Source of the DNA: Candidatus Poribacteria bacterium
GTDB taxonomy: Bacteria > Poribacteria > WGA-4E > PCPOR2b
Direction of reading: 5' to 3'
Assembly: GCA_965208675.1 (NCBI GenBank)
Contig: OZ242351.1
Span: 2,016,001-2,080,000 of the forward strand
DNA length: 64,000 bases
Each line of letters starts with the position of its first letter. Within the stretch, counting starts at the first letter, position 1. This document shows, piece by piece, positions 1 to 10,432 of this stretch. The position numbers and the translations under genes are program-made. Under the pieces are notes generated by a model. The model was given only the letters and a program-made list of their open reading frames with translations. It was not told the DNA's origin and did no database searches.

Positions 1-30
1 TTGACATGCACACGATGCGTATGGTACAAT
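1..30 (+). promoter_or_regulatory. Putative sigma70 promoter of the HTH-SNF2 gene
   Basis: TTGACA (1-6), 18-nt spacer, TGnTACAAT (22-30); TTGAC...GTCAA (35-39) inverted pair. Confidence 0.5.
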
Positions 31-58
31 AGGCGTCAACTATTTACTTACAAGAATC

Positions 59-3000
59 GTGAACTACATGTCAACCATTTTACCAGCAGACTATCCCCAA
101 AAAATTAGAGACCTCCGCGAGACAAAAGGTTTAACGCAGACGCAATTTGCGGAGCTCGTCGGCGTCTCCTTCGCCACCGTTAACCGGTGGGAAAATGCGC
201 AATCTCGCCCAAACAACTTGGCTTGGAAACGCATCGTTGAGTTGGCGGCGTCGAGTGACGGGGGCCAAGCGGCACAACCGCTTCCCGACGACGCGCCAAG
301 CATGGACTTCGCCGCCGATCCTAACGCCGTTTCAGCGGTTGCAGAGGCGCACCGCCTGGCTTACGGCCACCTATTTAACCCGGCGTTCGCCACGGAAACC
401 TCGCTAATCGACCCGCTCCCGCACCAGCGCATCGCGGTTTACGAAAAAATGCTGGGGCAGAACCCGCTGCGTTTCTTGCTGGCGGACGACGCGGGCGCCG
501 GCAAGACCATCATGACCGGCTTGTACATCCGCGAGATGCTGTCCCGCCGTCTCATCCGCCGCGTGCTTATCATTCCGCCCGCCGGTCTCGTGGGAAACTG
601 GGTACAGGAGATGCGCAAGCTGTTTCGGTTGTCGTTCCGAATCATCAGGGGCGATGACGCGCGAGACGGCAACCCTTTCAGCGGCGCCGAGAGCGATCAG
701 GTCATCGTCAGCGTGGACACCTTGGTCACAGCGCGGGTTTTTGACCGCCTTAGAGACCCTCGAACGGATCCCTACGACCTTGCCGTCTTCGACGAGGCGC
801 ACAAGCTGTCCGCGAATCGACGGCCGGATTTACGAGTGCGCAAGACGAATCGGTACAGGCTGGCGGAAGCTATCGCCGGGGTTGAGGTAGACAGCGACGA
901 CTGGAAATTACCGCAACCCGCCCAGCACCTGCTGCTGCTAACTGCGACACCGCACATGGGCAAGGACTTTCCCTACTATTTCCTGTGGCGCCTGCTGCTG
1001 CCGGAGGTGCTCTCCACCTATGACGCTTTCGATAGATTTCCCCGCGAACTTCGAGATCGGCATTTCATCCGCCGCACCAAGGAGGAGATGCTGCACTACA
1101 ACGAGAAACCGTTGTATCCGCAGCGTAACTGCGACACGTTGAGCTACAATCTCTCGGACGGTCCTGAAGGCGAGCAGGAGCTCTACGACGAGACGACAGA
1201 ATACATCCGCGACTACTACAACCGCGCGAAAGAATTGAACCGATCAGCCGCACAATTGGCGATGAGCGTCTTCCAACGGCGTCTCGCCAGTTCCACCTAT
1301 GCACTCATGCGATCATTCGAGCGCCGGAGAGAGAAGTTGGAAGGGATGATTGACGACATCATGAGCGGACGGGTCAATGAAAAACAGTTCGCCAGCCAGC
1401 AACAGCGTCTCGATGTCCCTAACGACGTATTCGACGCATCGACCGCAGATGAGACCGAGGACGACCAGAACGAAGCGCATGAAAATCAAGCGCTCGGCGG
1501 CACGACGGCTTTCAGCCTTACGGAGTTAATGGTGGAGAAAGGTAAGGTCGAAGAGTTGTTGGATAAGTCTCGAAAATTGTTGGACGCGGGCGAGGAATCC
1601 AAATTTGAGAAACTGCGAGAAGTTCTGCGTCATCCGAAATACAACGACGAGAAATTCATCATCTTCACCGAACACCGCGATACCGCGGAGTTTCTGGTGC
1701 GCCGGTTGGAAGGTCTGGGGTTCACAGATCAGGTTGTGCTTATCCATGGTGGGCTAGACTACCGCGAACGCGAGGAGCAGGTCGAGTTTTTCCGCCGTTC
1801 TGCGGAGAAAGGCGGGGCAAACTACCTTGTAGCGACCGACGCGGCTGGGGAGGGAATCAACCTCCAATTCTGTTGGTTAATGGTCAACTACGATATCCCG
1901 TGGAATCCGGCGCGGCTTGAGCAGCGCATGGGGCGTATCCATCGTTACGGCCAAAAGCACGACCCCGTGGTGATTGTTAATCTCGTTGCGGGCGGCACAC
2001 GCGAAGGGCGTGTATTGAAAACGCTGCTTGATAAACTTGAGATTATCCGAGAGCAGCTTCAATCCGATAAAGTGTTCGATGTGGTTGGGCGTCTGTTTGA
2101 GAGCGTGTCCATGACCGATTATCTGCGGCAAACGCTTACCGACGATGTTGAGGAAGTCGCCGCGTGGTTGGAGGGCAACTTAACGGAAGACCAAGTTCGG
2201 GCACTAGAGCGAAAAGAGCAGGTGCTGTACGGCGGGGGCGGCGACGTGCGCCGTAGACTGCCGCAACTCAACGAGGAGACGGAGCAGGAAATCTATCGTC
2301 ACCTGCTGCCGGGTTATGTCCGCCGTTTCGTGGAGCGTGCGGCGCCGCTTCTTGATTTACGCATTGAAGGCGACGCTGACACCGCCTTCAGCTTGATACC
2401 GAACCGACCGCGTGCGTCTGATTCCTTGCTCACGTCGCTTGAGCGGTATTCCGAGGGTGCACGCCAGCTACTAACGGTGTACAAACCGGTGAGCCGGGAA
2501 GATGCCGTCTGGATGCACCCCGGCGAGCCCGTGTTCGATTGCCTTTCAGACGCCATCCTAGAGCGGTTTGGACGCGCCGGACGACAGGGCGCCGTGTACA
2601 CCGATCCCTATGCCGCCGAGGCGTATCTGTTCCACATTGCGCTGGTTTCTGTTGAACAGCGCGGCAGAGAAGACGAGATGACCGACCTGTTTGATGACCG
2701 TTCTGAGCGTGAAAACGAGCGTAAGCCGCTAGAATCACGATTGGTCGGGCTACGCCAATCCAGCGACGGTAGCGTCACTGAACTTCCAGTCGAACACCTA
2801 CTGCTGCTCAGGGGTGCGGGGGGCTTCGCGCCGAGTCGTGTGCCGCTCGCAACCTTGGCACGCGGTATGGTGCCCGATGCTTTGGAGTTTGCGCGGGAAG
2901 AGATAAGTGAGCGACTGGCGCAGCACCATCGACAGCGACGATTCGACGACCTTCCCTCACGTATGGAGTCCGTCAACCGCGGCTTCGATTTTCAGGCGGC

Positions 3001-3667
3001 CGAACTTGCGGCTGCCCGATCCCGCCTCAACCAACTGGCACGCGAAGGAGATCGGGACGCGGAGAAGGAACTTGGGGTGGTCAGGGAACGACAGCGCGGC
3101 TTAACCGCCGCCCGAAATCGGCGTATGGCTGAACTGCGAGCCGAACCGGAGTTGATTCAGTCCGGGGATGCCGTGATTTTGGTGCACGCCCTCGTCGTGC
3201 CCGTTCAGGACACTGAGGCGGTTGAGCGTTACGACGCCGGCGTTGAAGCTGTCGCCGTGGAGGTTGCAACCGCTTACGAGGAGCACCAAGGGGCAGTAGT
3301 AACGGATGTCTCGAAGCCCGAACTCGCGCGGCGTGCCGGACTGATGGATTGGCCCGGCTTCGATCTCAAGTCCCGCCGCCCAGCAGGCGCCGACGGTTCT
3401 GTTGAGGAACGTGCCATTGAGGTTAAGGGGCGCGCTGGTTCCGGGGATGTGCAGATGTCCGAAAACGAATGGGCGCGGGCTTGCAACTTGCGTGAAGATT
3501 ATTGGCTTTACGTGGTCTTCGACTGCGCGACGCCGCGGCCGCGGCTCGTGCGTGTTCAGGACCCGTTCGCTAAATTGCTCGTCCGCAGCCGCGAATCTCT
3601 GGCGTTCACAATAACCGAGGGGGCGTTGAACGAGGCGTCGGCGCCTGTTGAGGAAACAATGAGATGA
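59..3667 (+). CDS. XRE-HTH + SNF2/SWI2 helicase + C-terminal DUF3883 (PD-(D/E)XK-like) protein of a DUF1156/DUF499 restriction-like system
   Basis: N-terminal GLTQTQFAELVGVSFATVNRWE HTH; LLADDAGAGKT, DEAH, LTATPH, EGINLQ, WNPARLEQRMGRIHRYGQ; C-terminal GFDLKS..IEVKGR..MSENEW. Confidence 0.9.
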   Translation: MNYMSTILPADYPQKIRDLRETKGLTQTQFAELVGVSFATVNRWENAQSRPNNLAWKRIVELAASSDGGQAAQPLPDDAPSMDFAADPNAVSAVAEAHRLAYGHLFNPAFATETSLIDPLPHQRIAVYEKMLGQNPLRFLLADDAGAGKTIMTGLYIREMLSRRLIRRVLIIPPAGLVGNWVQEMRKLFRLSFRIIRGDDARDGNPFSGAESDQVIVSVDTLVTARVFDRLRDPRTDPYDLAVFDEAHKLSANRRPDLRVRKTNRYRLAEAIAGVEVDSDDWKLPQPAQHLLLLTATPHMGKDFPYYFLWRLLLPEVLSTYDAFDRFPRELRDRHFIRRTKEEMLHYNEKPLYPQRNCDTLSYNLSDGPEGEQELYDETTEYIRDYYNRAKELNRSAAQLAMSVFQRRLASSTYALMRSFERRREKLEGMIDDIMSGRVNEKQFASQQQRLDVPNDVFDASTADETEDDQNEAHENQALGGTTAFSLTELMVEKGKVEELLDKSRKLLDAGEESKFEKLREVLRHPKYNDEKFIIFTEHRDTAEFLVRRLEGLGFTDQVVLIHGGLDYREREEQVEFFRRSAEKGGANYLVATDAAGEGINLQFCWLMVNYDIPWNPARLEQRMGRIHRYGQKHDPVVIVNLVAGGTREGRVLKTLLDKLEIIREQLQSDKVFDVVGRLFESVSMTDYLRQTLTDDVEEVAAWLEGNLTEDQVRALERKEQVLYGGGGDVRRRLPQLNEETEQEIYRHLLPGYVRRFVERAAPLLDLRIEGDADTAFSLIPNRPRASDSLLTSLERYSEGARQLLTVYKPVSREDAVWMHPGEPVFDCLSDAILERFGRAGRQGAVYTDPYAAEAYLFHIALVSVEQRGREDEMTDLFDDRSERENERKPLESRLVGLRQSSDGSVTELPVEHLLLLRGAGGFAPSRVPLATLARGMVPDALEFAREEISERLAQHHRQRRFDDLPSRMESVNRGFDFQAAELAAARSRLNQLAREGDRDAEKELGVVRERQRGLTAARNRRMAELRAEPELIQSGDAVILVHALVVPVQDTEAVERYDAGVEAVAVEVATAYEEHQGAVVTDVSKPELARRAGLMDWPGFDLKSRRPAGADGSVEERAIEVKGRAGSGDVQMSENEWARACNLREDYWLYVVFDCATPRPRLVRVQDPFAKLLVRSRESLAFTITEGALNEASAPVEETMR

Positions 3668-3715
3668 CGGGTTCTGAAGGCTTCAAAACTTCAAACCGAA
3701 CCAGATCGGTTTCGA

Positions 3716-3745
3716 TTGACTAACCATGGAGTCGTGGGGTATAGT
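3716..3745 (+). promoter_or_regulatory. Putative sigma70 promoter for the nested cargo genes
   Basis: TTGACT (3716-3721), 18-nt spacer, TATAGT (3740-3745). Confidence 0.4.
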
Positions 3746-3957
3746 GAACACATGAAGAAAACTAAATTCTAGGTTTGAATTGGCGATGGTCAAACCACTG
3801 GCATTCAACATAGTTGAAATTTTTGAAATAACCGAAACGACACGCTCTAATCTTGTGAAACTAACAGTTGAAAAATTCGGAGATTATTCCATTCGCGCGA
3901 GACCAAAGACTATCTTTCAAATGACTACGCAGGTGCGTGGGAAGGGACAACGGGACA

Positions 3958-5433
3958 ATGTTTGAGTATTATGATGGGTACCTTGGACGTCGAAATTCCA
4001 TCCCCGTCAATCCAGATGACCTTATACGGTTACGGCTTCAGGGGCTGCGGTGGTTGCAAGTTGCCAAACAGGTACCACGCATTGACGGTAGAGTCGGCAT
4101 CAGCCATAACGTATTATCTCAGGCAAACCGAGTTCGCGAATCGGACGAATGGCGGGCTGCACTTGAAGACTACTGGCGGCGCCATCACAATGAAGCGTCG
4201 CTTCCGCAAGAGATGAAAAAAGTCCTGAGCTATCCGTCAATAATGAATTCAGAAACGCCCCTATCAGAAGTTTCTAACTCGGGGGCCGAACCACAGATCG
4301 AAAATACTGCCAATAAATCTAAAACCGCCGCAGCCTCTAAGCAAGACCCAGCCACCGGTTTGGAGGTCGAAATTGAAGACCCGCAAATTGAACGTCCGTT
4401 TAATCCTGAGAAAATAAGGGTGCGGACGACCAACATCACGGTCGAATTGCTAGTTTCACGAATCAAGTATAACGAGGTTGATTTAGAACCCGATTTCCAG
4501 CGATCATTTGTGTGGAAAGCCGAACGTCAATCCCGGCTGATTGAATCGCTGCTTCTACGAATTCCTATCCCAGTGTTTTATGTGGCGGCGGATGAGAACG
4601 AAAATTGGCTGGTTGTCGACGGCGTCCAACGCATGTTTACCATTTACAACTATGTTACAGACCAGTTTCCCTTGAACCATCTGGAATATCTCGAAAAATA
4701 CAATAAAAAGAAGTACTGCGACCTTCCGAGGCAAATGCAGCGGCGAATTGGCGAAAGCGAACTAGTAGTTAATGTCATCGATCATGGGACACCTGAGGAC
4801 GTAATGTTCAATATTTTCCACCGAATCAACACTGGCGGTATGACGCTGAACGGTCAGGAAATACGCAATGCTTTACACCCAGGTCCCGTGCGAGACTATC
4901 TGAAACAACTGGCCGACACTGAGGCATTCCGCAAAGCAACGGACTACTCAATTAGGCAAGACCGAATGGCTGACAGGGAATGTGTTTTGCGCTTCATCGC
5001 CTTTTATGCAAATGCTTGGGAAAAATATAACGACAACGACCTTAACGGCTACCTTAGTCGAGTTATGAACAAAATAAATGATACGGCGCCAGAGGATCTT
5101 GGGTTGCTTGCCAAAGACTTCGAGAAGGCAATGGAAGCGGCTTACCGCATATTTGGCAGCGAGGCTTTTCGTAAGCGATACAACTTGGACGATTCTCATC
5201 GCCGACCTGTCAGTAAAGCGCTGTTTGACGCGTGGAGCGTCGAACTTGCGCGCCGCAGTTCCGACGAAATAAACAGACTCGTGGAAAAACGAGAAGATGT
5301 CATAAATCGCTTCATTGCGTTGATGAATGACGATAGTGAATTCGACAGGGCAATCTCTTATTCCACGGGCGATCCGCACCGAGTGAAGAAAAGATTTGAG
5401 GCAATTTCACTGTTGGTTACAGAGGTGCTGTGA
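3958..5433 (+). CDS. DUF262 (ParB/GmrS-like) protein, Menshen NsnA-like
   Basis: PDFQRSFVW, LIESLLLRIPIP, VVDGVQR, IFHRINTGG motifs; start uncertain (3937/3958/4213/4243). Confidence 0.85.
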   Translation: MFEYYDGYLGRRNSIPVNPDDLIRLRLQGLRWLQVAKQVPRIDGRVGISHNVLSQANRVRESDEWRAALEDYWRRHHNEASLPQEMKKVLSYPSIMNSETPLSEVSNSGAEPQIENTANKSKTAAASKQDPATGLEVEIEDPQIERPFNPEKIRVRTTNITVELLVSRIKYNEVDLEPDFQRSFVWKAERQSRLIESLLLRIPIPVFYVAADENENWLVVDGVQRMFTIYNYVTDQFPLNHLEYLEKYNKKKYCDLPRQMQRRIGESELVVNVIDHGTPEDVMFNIFHRINTGGMTLNGQEIRNALHPGPVRDYLKQLADTEAFRKATDYSIRQDRMADRECVLRFIAFYANAWEKYNDNDLNGYLSRVMNKINDTAPEDLGLLAKDFEKAMEAAYRIFGSEAFRKRYNLDDSHRRPVSKALFDAWSVELARRSSDEINRLVEKREDVINRFIALMNDDSEFDRAISYSTGDPHRVKKRFEAISLLVTEVL

Positions 5434-6560
5434 TGATAAGGAAAATCAGGTTATCGAATTTCAAGTGCTTCGAAAATCTGGATTTAAACTGCGCGCCGCT
5501 CACCCTGTTATGCGGTTTGAACGGCATGGGGAAAAGCAGTGTGATACAGGCGCTGCTCCTCCTACGGCAGTCGTTTGAGTCAGAAGATTTGCTTGACGGA
5601 AGGCTGGTGCTGGGCGGCGAACTTGCCGATCTCGGTACTGGCAGGGATGTACTTTTTGAAGGTGCAGAAAATGATGTGGTAGGTTTCGAAATCGAGTCTG
5701 ACGAAACCAATTCACCGTGGAAACTGTCGTTCGGGTATTCACAAACGAGCGATCAATTGACTGTCGAAGGGTGTGATTCGAACCCATCTTTTCCCCTAGT
5801 GCCACCAGATTGGCAGAATGTCCGTCCATTTGGACAAAATCTCCTGTATATTGATGCCGAGCGAGTCGGTCCGCAAAAGTCCTATCCGTTGTCCGAAACC
5901 ATGGCGCAGCGAGCCGAATTCGGTTTGGGAAGTGAATACGCATTGAACTACTTAAATATGAAAAAGGATGAATTGCTGGCGGAAGACGATTTGCGCTGCG
6001 TAGAATCCCATAGCCGTCGCATGATCGATGTCGTTGACGAATGGCTGCAAGAGATTTCCCCCGGCGCTCATCTTCAGCTAGAGACTGTTCGCGCTGCGGA
6101 TGCGCTTATCGCAGGTTTCTCATTCGACCGGCCGGGAGACGTTGCTTCGCGGCGTTTTCGTGCGACAAACGTCGGATTTGGCCTGTCGTACGCGTTGCCG
6201 GTAATTATCGCGTTGCTGTCTGATTCCGGTACGTTGTGTTTGATAGAAAATCCAGAAGCACACCTTCACCCGCGAGGGCAGACGAAGCTGGCGGAACTCG
6301 CGGTGCGCGCATCGTTGGCGGACGTGCAGGTAATTGTGGAAACGCACAGCGACCACTTCATGGACGGTGTGCGTATCGCTGTGCGGGACGGGTTAATCTC
6401 TCCCGATAAAACGGCAATCCATTACTTTGAACGCCCCGAAGGCGAGACCGTTGTGACTTCACCGCAAATTGATGAGGACGGACGGCTTTCAACATGGCCC
6501 GCCGGCTTTTTTGACCAACACGAAGAAAACTTGGAGAAACTTCTTGCGCCCAAATACTAA
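5430..6560 (+). CDS. AAA_15/AAA_21-type ATPase with DUF3696, Menshen NsnB-like
   Basis: Walker A GLNGMGKS, NVGFGLS signature, IENPEAHLHP, ETHSDH, C-terminal WPAGFFDQ; overlaps previous stop. Confidence 0.85.
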   Translation: MMIRKIRLSNFKCFENLDLNCAPLTLLCGLNGMGKSSVIQALLLLRQSFESEDLLDGRLVLGGELADLGTGRDVLFEGAENDVVGFEIESDETNSPWKLSFGYSQTSDQLTVEGCDSNPSFPLVPPDWQNVRPFGQNLLYIDAERVGPQKSYPLSETMAQRAEFGLGSEYALNYLNMKKDELLAEDDLRCVESHSRRMIDVVDEWLQEISPGAHLQLETVRAADALIAGFSFDRPGDVASRRFRATNVGFGLSYALPVIIALLSDSGTLCLIENPEAHLHPRGQTKLAELAVRASLADVQVIVETHSDHFMDGVRIAVRDGLISPDKTAIHYFERPEGETVVTSPQIDEDGRLSTWPAGFFDQHEENLEKLLAPKY

Positions 6561-6561
6561 T

Positions 6562-7479
6562 ATGCGAGAAATGGTACTGAATCACGCGAGCCTTACGGCG
6601 CCCGATTACGATACTGCGCTTCGCTGGCTGAAGGACCTGGCTATCGGGATGATTCAGATTCGGAAAATTGCGCAATCAAGCCTACGAATGAGGCTTTCTG
6701 TGCACGAAATCGTGATCCTACCCAACCTCTCACTATTTGATGCATTTAAATCTTTAAAGAGAATCGGAGCACGGGAAGAGTCGGTGTTCCTCATGAGTCT
6801 AAGTTCAAAATACCCGCTTCTGCGCGACGTCGAGTCGAATGTAAGGGCTCGATTCTTTGCGTGTGAAGGCAGACAACTTCCACCGGAAGACTGCGAACCG
6901 CTCATCTTATGTGCTATTGCTAATTGGATTACCGTTGGTTTTCCGTCAGACTCTTTATGGGACAGTGACCAGCTCACAGTCAGGTTCAACGAGTTGCTAG
7001 CTGACGAGAGTATTGAAGAAGCAAGCGAAACGATAGATAACCTCGCCCGATCGACTCATGCCAACTCTATCTGTGAGCGCCGTCACACGTCATATTTTGA
7101 GCAGCAAACCCCTTCGGCAGCATGGGAACAGAGGAACGAAGCGTTCCCAAATCTAGTATTTGGTCCGGATGTTAAAGCACCGCGGCAATTTCTCGGAAGC
7201 GGCATTAGAAGGCTCACCGAGCTTGACAAATCGGCTGCCGAATGGCGGGTTGTTGGAGGGCCGGCTCCTCCTTGGGCATGCAAAGTCACTCCCGAAAGCC
7301 AGAGCGTTAGAAACAACCCGGCGTTATTAAACGCGCGCCGATTTAGGTCAAGACGCGGGACACGGGAATTGTATGAATGGCACGCCCGGATAGGTAGTGG
7401 ATTCCGAATTCACCTCCGTTTCGACGCCACGACACGAGAAGTCGAAATTGGATATATGGGGCCTCATTTGCCACTGTGA
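6562..7479 (+). CDS. Hypothetical protein, Menshen NsnC-like, with a possible RelE-like C-terminal nuclease
   Basis: ATG 1 nt after the ATPase stop; C-terminal WHARIGSGFRIHLRF..IGYMGPHL pattern; third gene of a DUF262-DUF3696 trio. Confidence 0.65.
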   Translation: MREMVLNHASLTAPDYDTALRWLKDLAIGMIQIRKIAQSSLRMRLSVHEIVILPNLSLFDAFKSLKRIGAREESVFLMSLSSKYPLLRDVESNVRARFFACEGRQLPPEDCEPLILCAIANWITVGFPSDSLWDSDQLTVRFNELLADESIEEASETIDNLARSTHANSICERRHTSYFEQQTPSAAWEQRNEAFPNLVFGPDVKAPRQFLGSGIRRLTELDKSAAEWRVVGGPAPPWACKVTPESQSVRNNPALLNARRFRSRRGTRELYEWHARIGSGFRIHLRFDATTREVEIGYMGPHLPL

Positions 7480-7681
7480 TTACGTTGAGTTCAAAGCGAT
7501 CAGGCAACAAATGAAGTAGTTGTCCGTTGAGTGGCTCAATTGTGTTTCTGCCTACCACCTCCACGGATTTGGGCAAAAAAATCACCGGAAGGGCGGTAGT
7601 AATCCATGGTAATTGGTAAATACGCGACTACAAATATACAGCGATTGCATAACCAAGCATGTTAAGATAATCTTACCGAAT

Positions 7682-8755
7682 ATGAAAAATACTAATGGTG
7701 GGAGTCTAGCACCCGCCCAGCAACTAGTCGGAAAAGAGTTACCGAATGGTTGGAAGGTCGTGGAATTGATTGAACGACCCAAGAACGCGACCGGAGGTCA
7801 TTTCTCTTCCTCATATATTGTCCGGTCAGTAAATGGTGAAAAGGCATTCCTCAAGGCGATGGATTACAGAAAAGCCCTAGAATCGCCGGATCCAGCCGGA
7901 ACACTGAATGCCATGACCGCGGGATTTATCTTCGAGCGGGACACTTTAGAAAAATGTAGATCCAGAGGTTTATCTCGCATCGTGAGGGCACTCGACTCTG
8001 GAAAAATCGAACCTCAGAATGAGGATCCAAGTGGTGTAGTCGAGTATCTAATATTCGAGTGCGCAAAAGGCGATATTCGGTCATTTGTAGCTTTCGACAC
8101 AGCATTTGACAAGGCTTGGGCGTTAAGGACAATGCATCAGGCTACAGCGGCACTACAACAACTCCACTCTGTAGAGATTGCGCATCAAGATCTGAAACCG
8201 TCAAATGTGCTAATTTTTGACGACGACTATTCAAAGTTGGCCGATTTGGGAAGAGCATTCGATCATAATAACGCCTCACCTTACGATAAACTTTCCTGCG
8301 TAGGTGACCCAACCTATGCACCTCCGGAATTATTATACGGACACACTCCTGAAGATTGGCGGATACGTCGTTTTGGATGTGATTTGTATCTATTGGGAAG
8401 TCTACTTGTATTCTTCTACACAGGAACTTCTATGACGCATTTGCTTTTCACGCGACTCGATGAGAACCATTCCTTCAATAAATGGAAAGGTAATACGTAC
8501 AGCGAGCTGTTGCCATATCTTGAAAGGGTATTTTCGGAAATCATTCGGGAGTTTCAGGTCGATTTAAGCGAGGAAATTGCAAAATTGGTGAAACAACTTT
8601 GTAATCCTAATCCTCGGCGACGTGGACATCCGAGGAACATTGATACGGATGGAAACAAATATTCTCTTGAGCGGTATGTCTCTATTTTTGACCGTCTTGC
8701 AAGAAAGGCTGAGTGGACGCTAAATCGAGGAGGGGCTATCAGACGAGCTAAATAA
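7682..8755 (+). CDS. Hanks-type serine/threonine protein kinase
   Basis: Gly-loop TGGHFS, AFLK, HQDLKPSN, DLG, YAPPE, D in CDLYLLG; no TM or sensor domain. Confidence 0.9.
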   Translation: MKNTNGGSLAPAQQLVGKELPNGWKVVELIERPKNATGGHFSSSYIVRSVNGEKAFLKAMDYRKALESPDPAGTLNAMTAGFIFERDTLEKCRSRGLSRIVRALDSGKIEPQNEDPSGVVEYLIFECAKGDIRSFVAFDTAFDKAWALRTMHQATAALQQLHSVEIAHQDLKPSNVLIFDDDYSKLADLGRAFDHNNASPYDKLSCVGDPTYAPPELLYGHTPEDWRIRRFGCDLYLLGSLLVFFYTGTSMTHLLFTRLDENHSFNKWKGNTYSELLPYLERVFSEIIREFQVDLSEEIAKLVKQLCNPNPRRRGHPRNIDTDGNKYSLERYVSIFDRLARKAEWTLNRGGAIRRAK

Positions 8756-8757
8756 CC

Positions 8758-10278
8758 ATGGCAGGATTTAGTATAGACAAAAAACGTAGAGTGATTCCTC
8801 GATGGAGAACGCTTAACGAAGCTCTTACACTCCAAGAACTTGACTCCGTCGTACCTCGAGGAAACCATCAAATGCTTCAATTCGATTTTTTAGCTCAGAA
8901 AATTGTAGACTGGCGACGTCATCAGACTATTGGTCATGCATCCGACCTTGTAGGCGCAGCTTTGACACTTGGAAGAAGGAGGGAAGCAATTGGGGCAGCA
9001 AAATTCCTACTCCAAGATAACCTTAATGTTTCTCCCTGGGCGAGAGAACTTGCAGAACAAATCCTGAAAACTTCAGACCACGTTGAGACTAGATTGCCGA
9101 AACCTGTGGAGGTAAAGGATTCGACTCTACATGCCCAAGTGAGAGCCTTTCGGGGAATGTTGCGCATCGAACCTCAGGATCCAATCACATGGGTGGAACT
9201 ATCGCGGGTCTATGTAATTCTAGGACTTGAAAAACAGGCCAAACGATGTATGGATGTTGCATTACAGCTTGCTATCGACAACAGGTTTGTCCTTCGTTCA
9301 GCTAGCCGTCTTTGGATGCATTTTGACAATCCAGAACGAGCCCACCACATAATTGTTACTTCGGACCGAACCCAATATGAACCCTGGCTTTTGGCCGCAG
9401 AGATTGCCATTAGTAGTGCTGCTGGCAGAAAACCAAGATTCATTAAATCCGCTCGGCGGATACTAACCGAAAGAGGCTTTTCGTCTATTCATCTTAGTGA
9501 ACTTGCAGCGGCAGTGGCTACCTTGGAGTTGGACACTGGCAGTGTAAAAAAATCGAAAAAATTTTTCCGAATATCTTTAGAAGATCCAACGGAAAACAGC
9601 ATCGCGCAGATGGCTTGGGCGTCCAGACAGTCTAACACCATCCATTTTAAAGATCAATATGTCACACTTCCCAATGCGTATGAGGCAAAATCGTGGGTTC
9701 ACTATCAGAAAGAAGAATGGAGAGAGGCACTTGAACAGGCTGAATTATGGAAGTCCGACCAACCGTTTTCAAGCAGGCCCAGCGCCCTCGCTTCCTTCGT
9801 GGCCGCGGTTGCATTGGAAGAATTTCAAACAAGCGCACGGTTAGCCGAACTTGGTCACAGAGCGAATCCCACAGATTTCACGCTGTTGAATAATTTAGCG
9901 TTTGCACGAATCAATCTCGGAGAAATTGATAATGCGAGAAACGATATTTTAAAAGCTAATCGCCTGTCATTAAACGCACGTGAAAAGGTCGTCCTACAAG
10001 CCACTAAAGGATTCCTGGAGTTTCGAACTGGAAATCTGGAGCATGGCCGGCAATTGTATTTAGATGCCCGATTGATGGCGCAAAGAATCCAGGACGACAG
10101 ACTGTATGCACTAGCGTCTGCGTTTTACGCCATTGAAGAAGTGTCACGTCAAAGTTCAAATAGTGTTACTATTTCATCAAAGGTGCTTAAGATTTTAGGG
10201 CGGGAAAAGGATCCGATTTTTAGGGTTCTTGAAACAAGGCTAAAGGAAATGACGGTTGAGCCGCCGACGAGAGCATAG
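8758..10278 (+). CDS. Tetratricopeptide repeat-like protein
   Basis: Helical repeats (PQDPITWVELSRVYVILG, NPTDFTLLNNLAFARINLG, TKGFLEFRTGN..GRQLY); starts 2 nt after the kinase stop. Confidence 0.75.
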   Translation: MAGFSIDKKRRVIPRWRTLNEALTLQELDSVVPRGNHQMLQFDFLAQKIVDWRRHQTIGHASDLVGAALTLGRRREAIGAAKFLLQDNLNVSPWARELAEQILKTSDHVETRLPKPVEVKDSTLHAQVRAFRGMLRIEPQDPITWVELSRVYVILGLEKQAKRCMDVALQLAIDNRFVLRSASRLWMHFDNPERAHHIIVTSDRTQYEPWLLAAEIAISSAAGRKPRFIKSARRILTERGFSSIHLSELAAAVATLELDTGSVKKSKKFFRISLEDPTENSIAQMAWASRQSNTIHFKDQYVTLPNAYEAKSWVHYQKEEWREALEQAELWKSDQPFSSRPSALASFVAAVALEEFQTSARLAELGHRANPTDFTLLNNLAFARINLGEIDNARNDILKANRLSLNAREKVVLQATKGFLEFRTGNLEHGRQLYLDARLMAQRIQDDRLYALASAFYAIEEVSRQSSNSVTISSKVLKILGREKDPIFRVLETRLKEMTVEPPTRA

Positions 10279-10432
10279 CTTGTCCATTTGGCTTCCCGGG
10301 CCTGACCAAACTCAATTATGCCTGTGATAGAATTACGCGAGATCCTCGTAAATATCCCAATTGTAACCGAACGGCAAGCTACGTTCAGGTATTACATTTA
10401 AGAGCACGGCAAGACGTTTGCAACTTAAGAAG

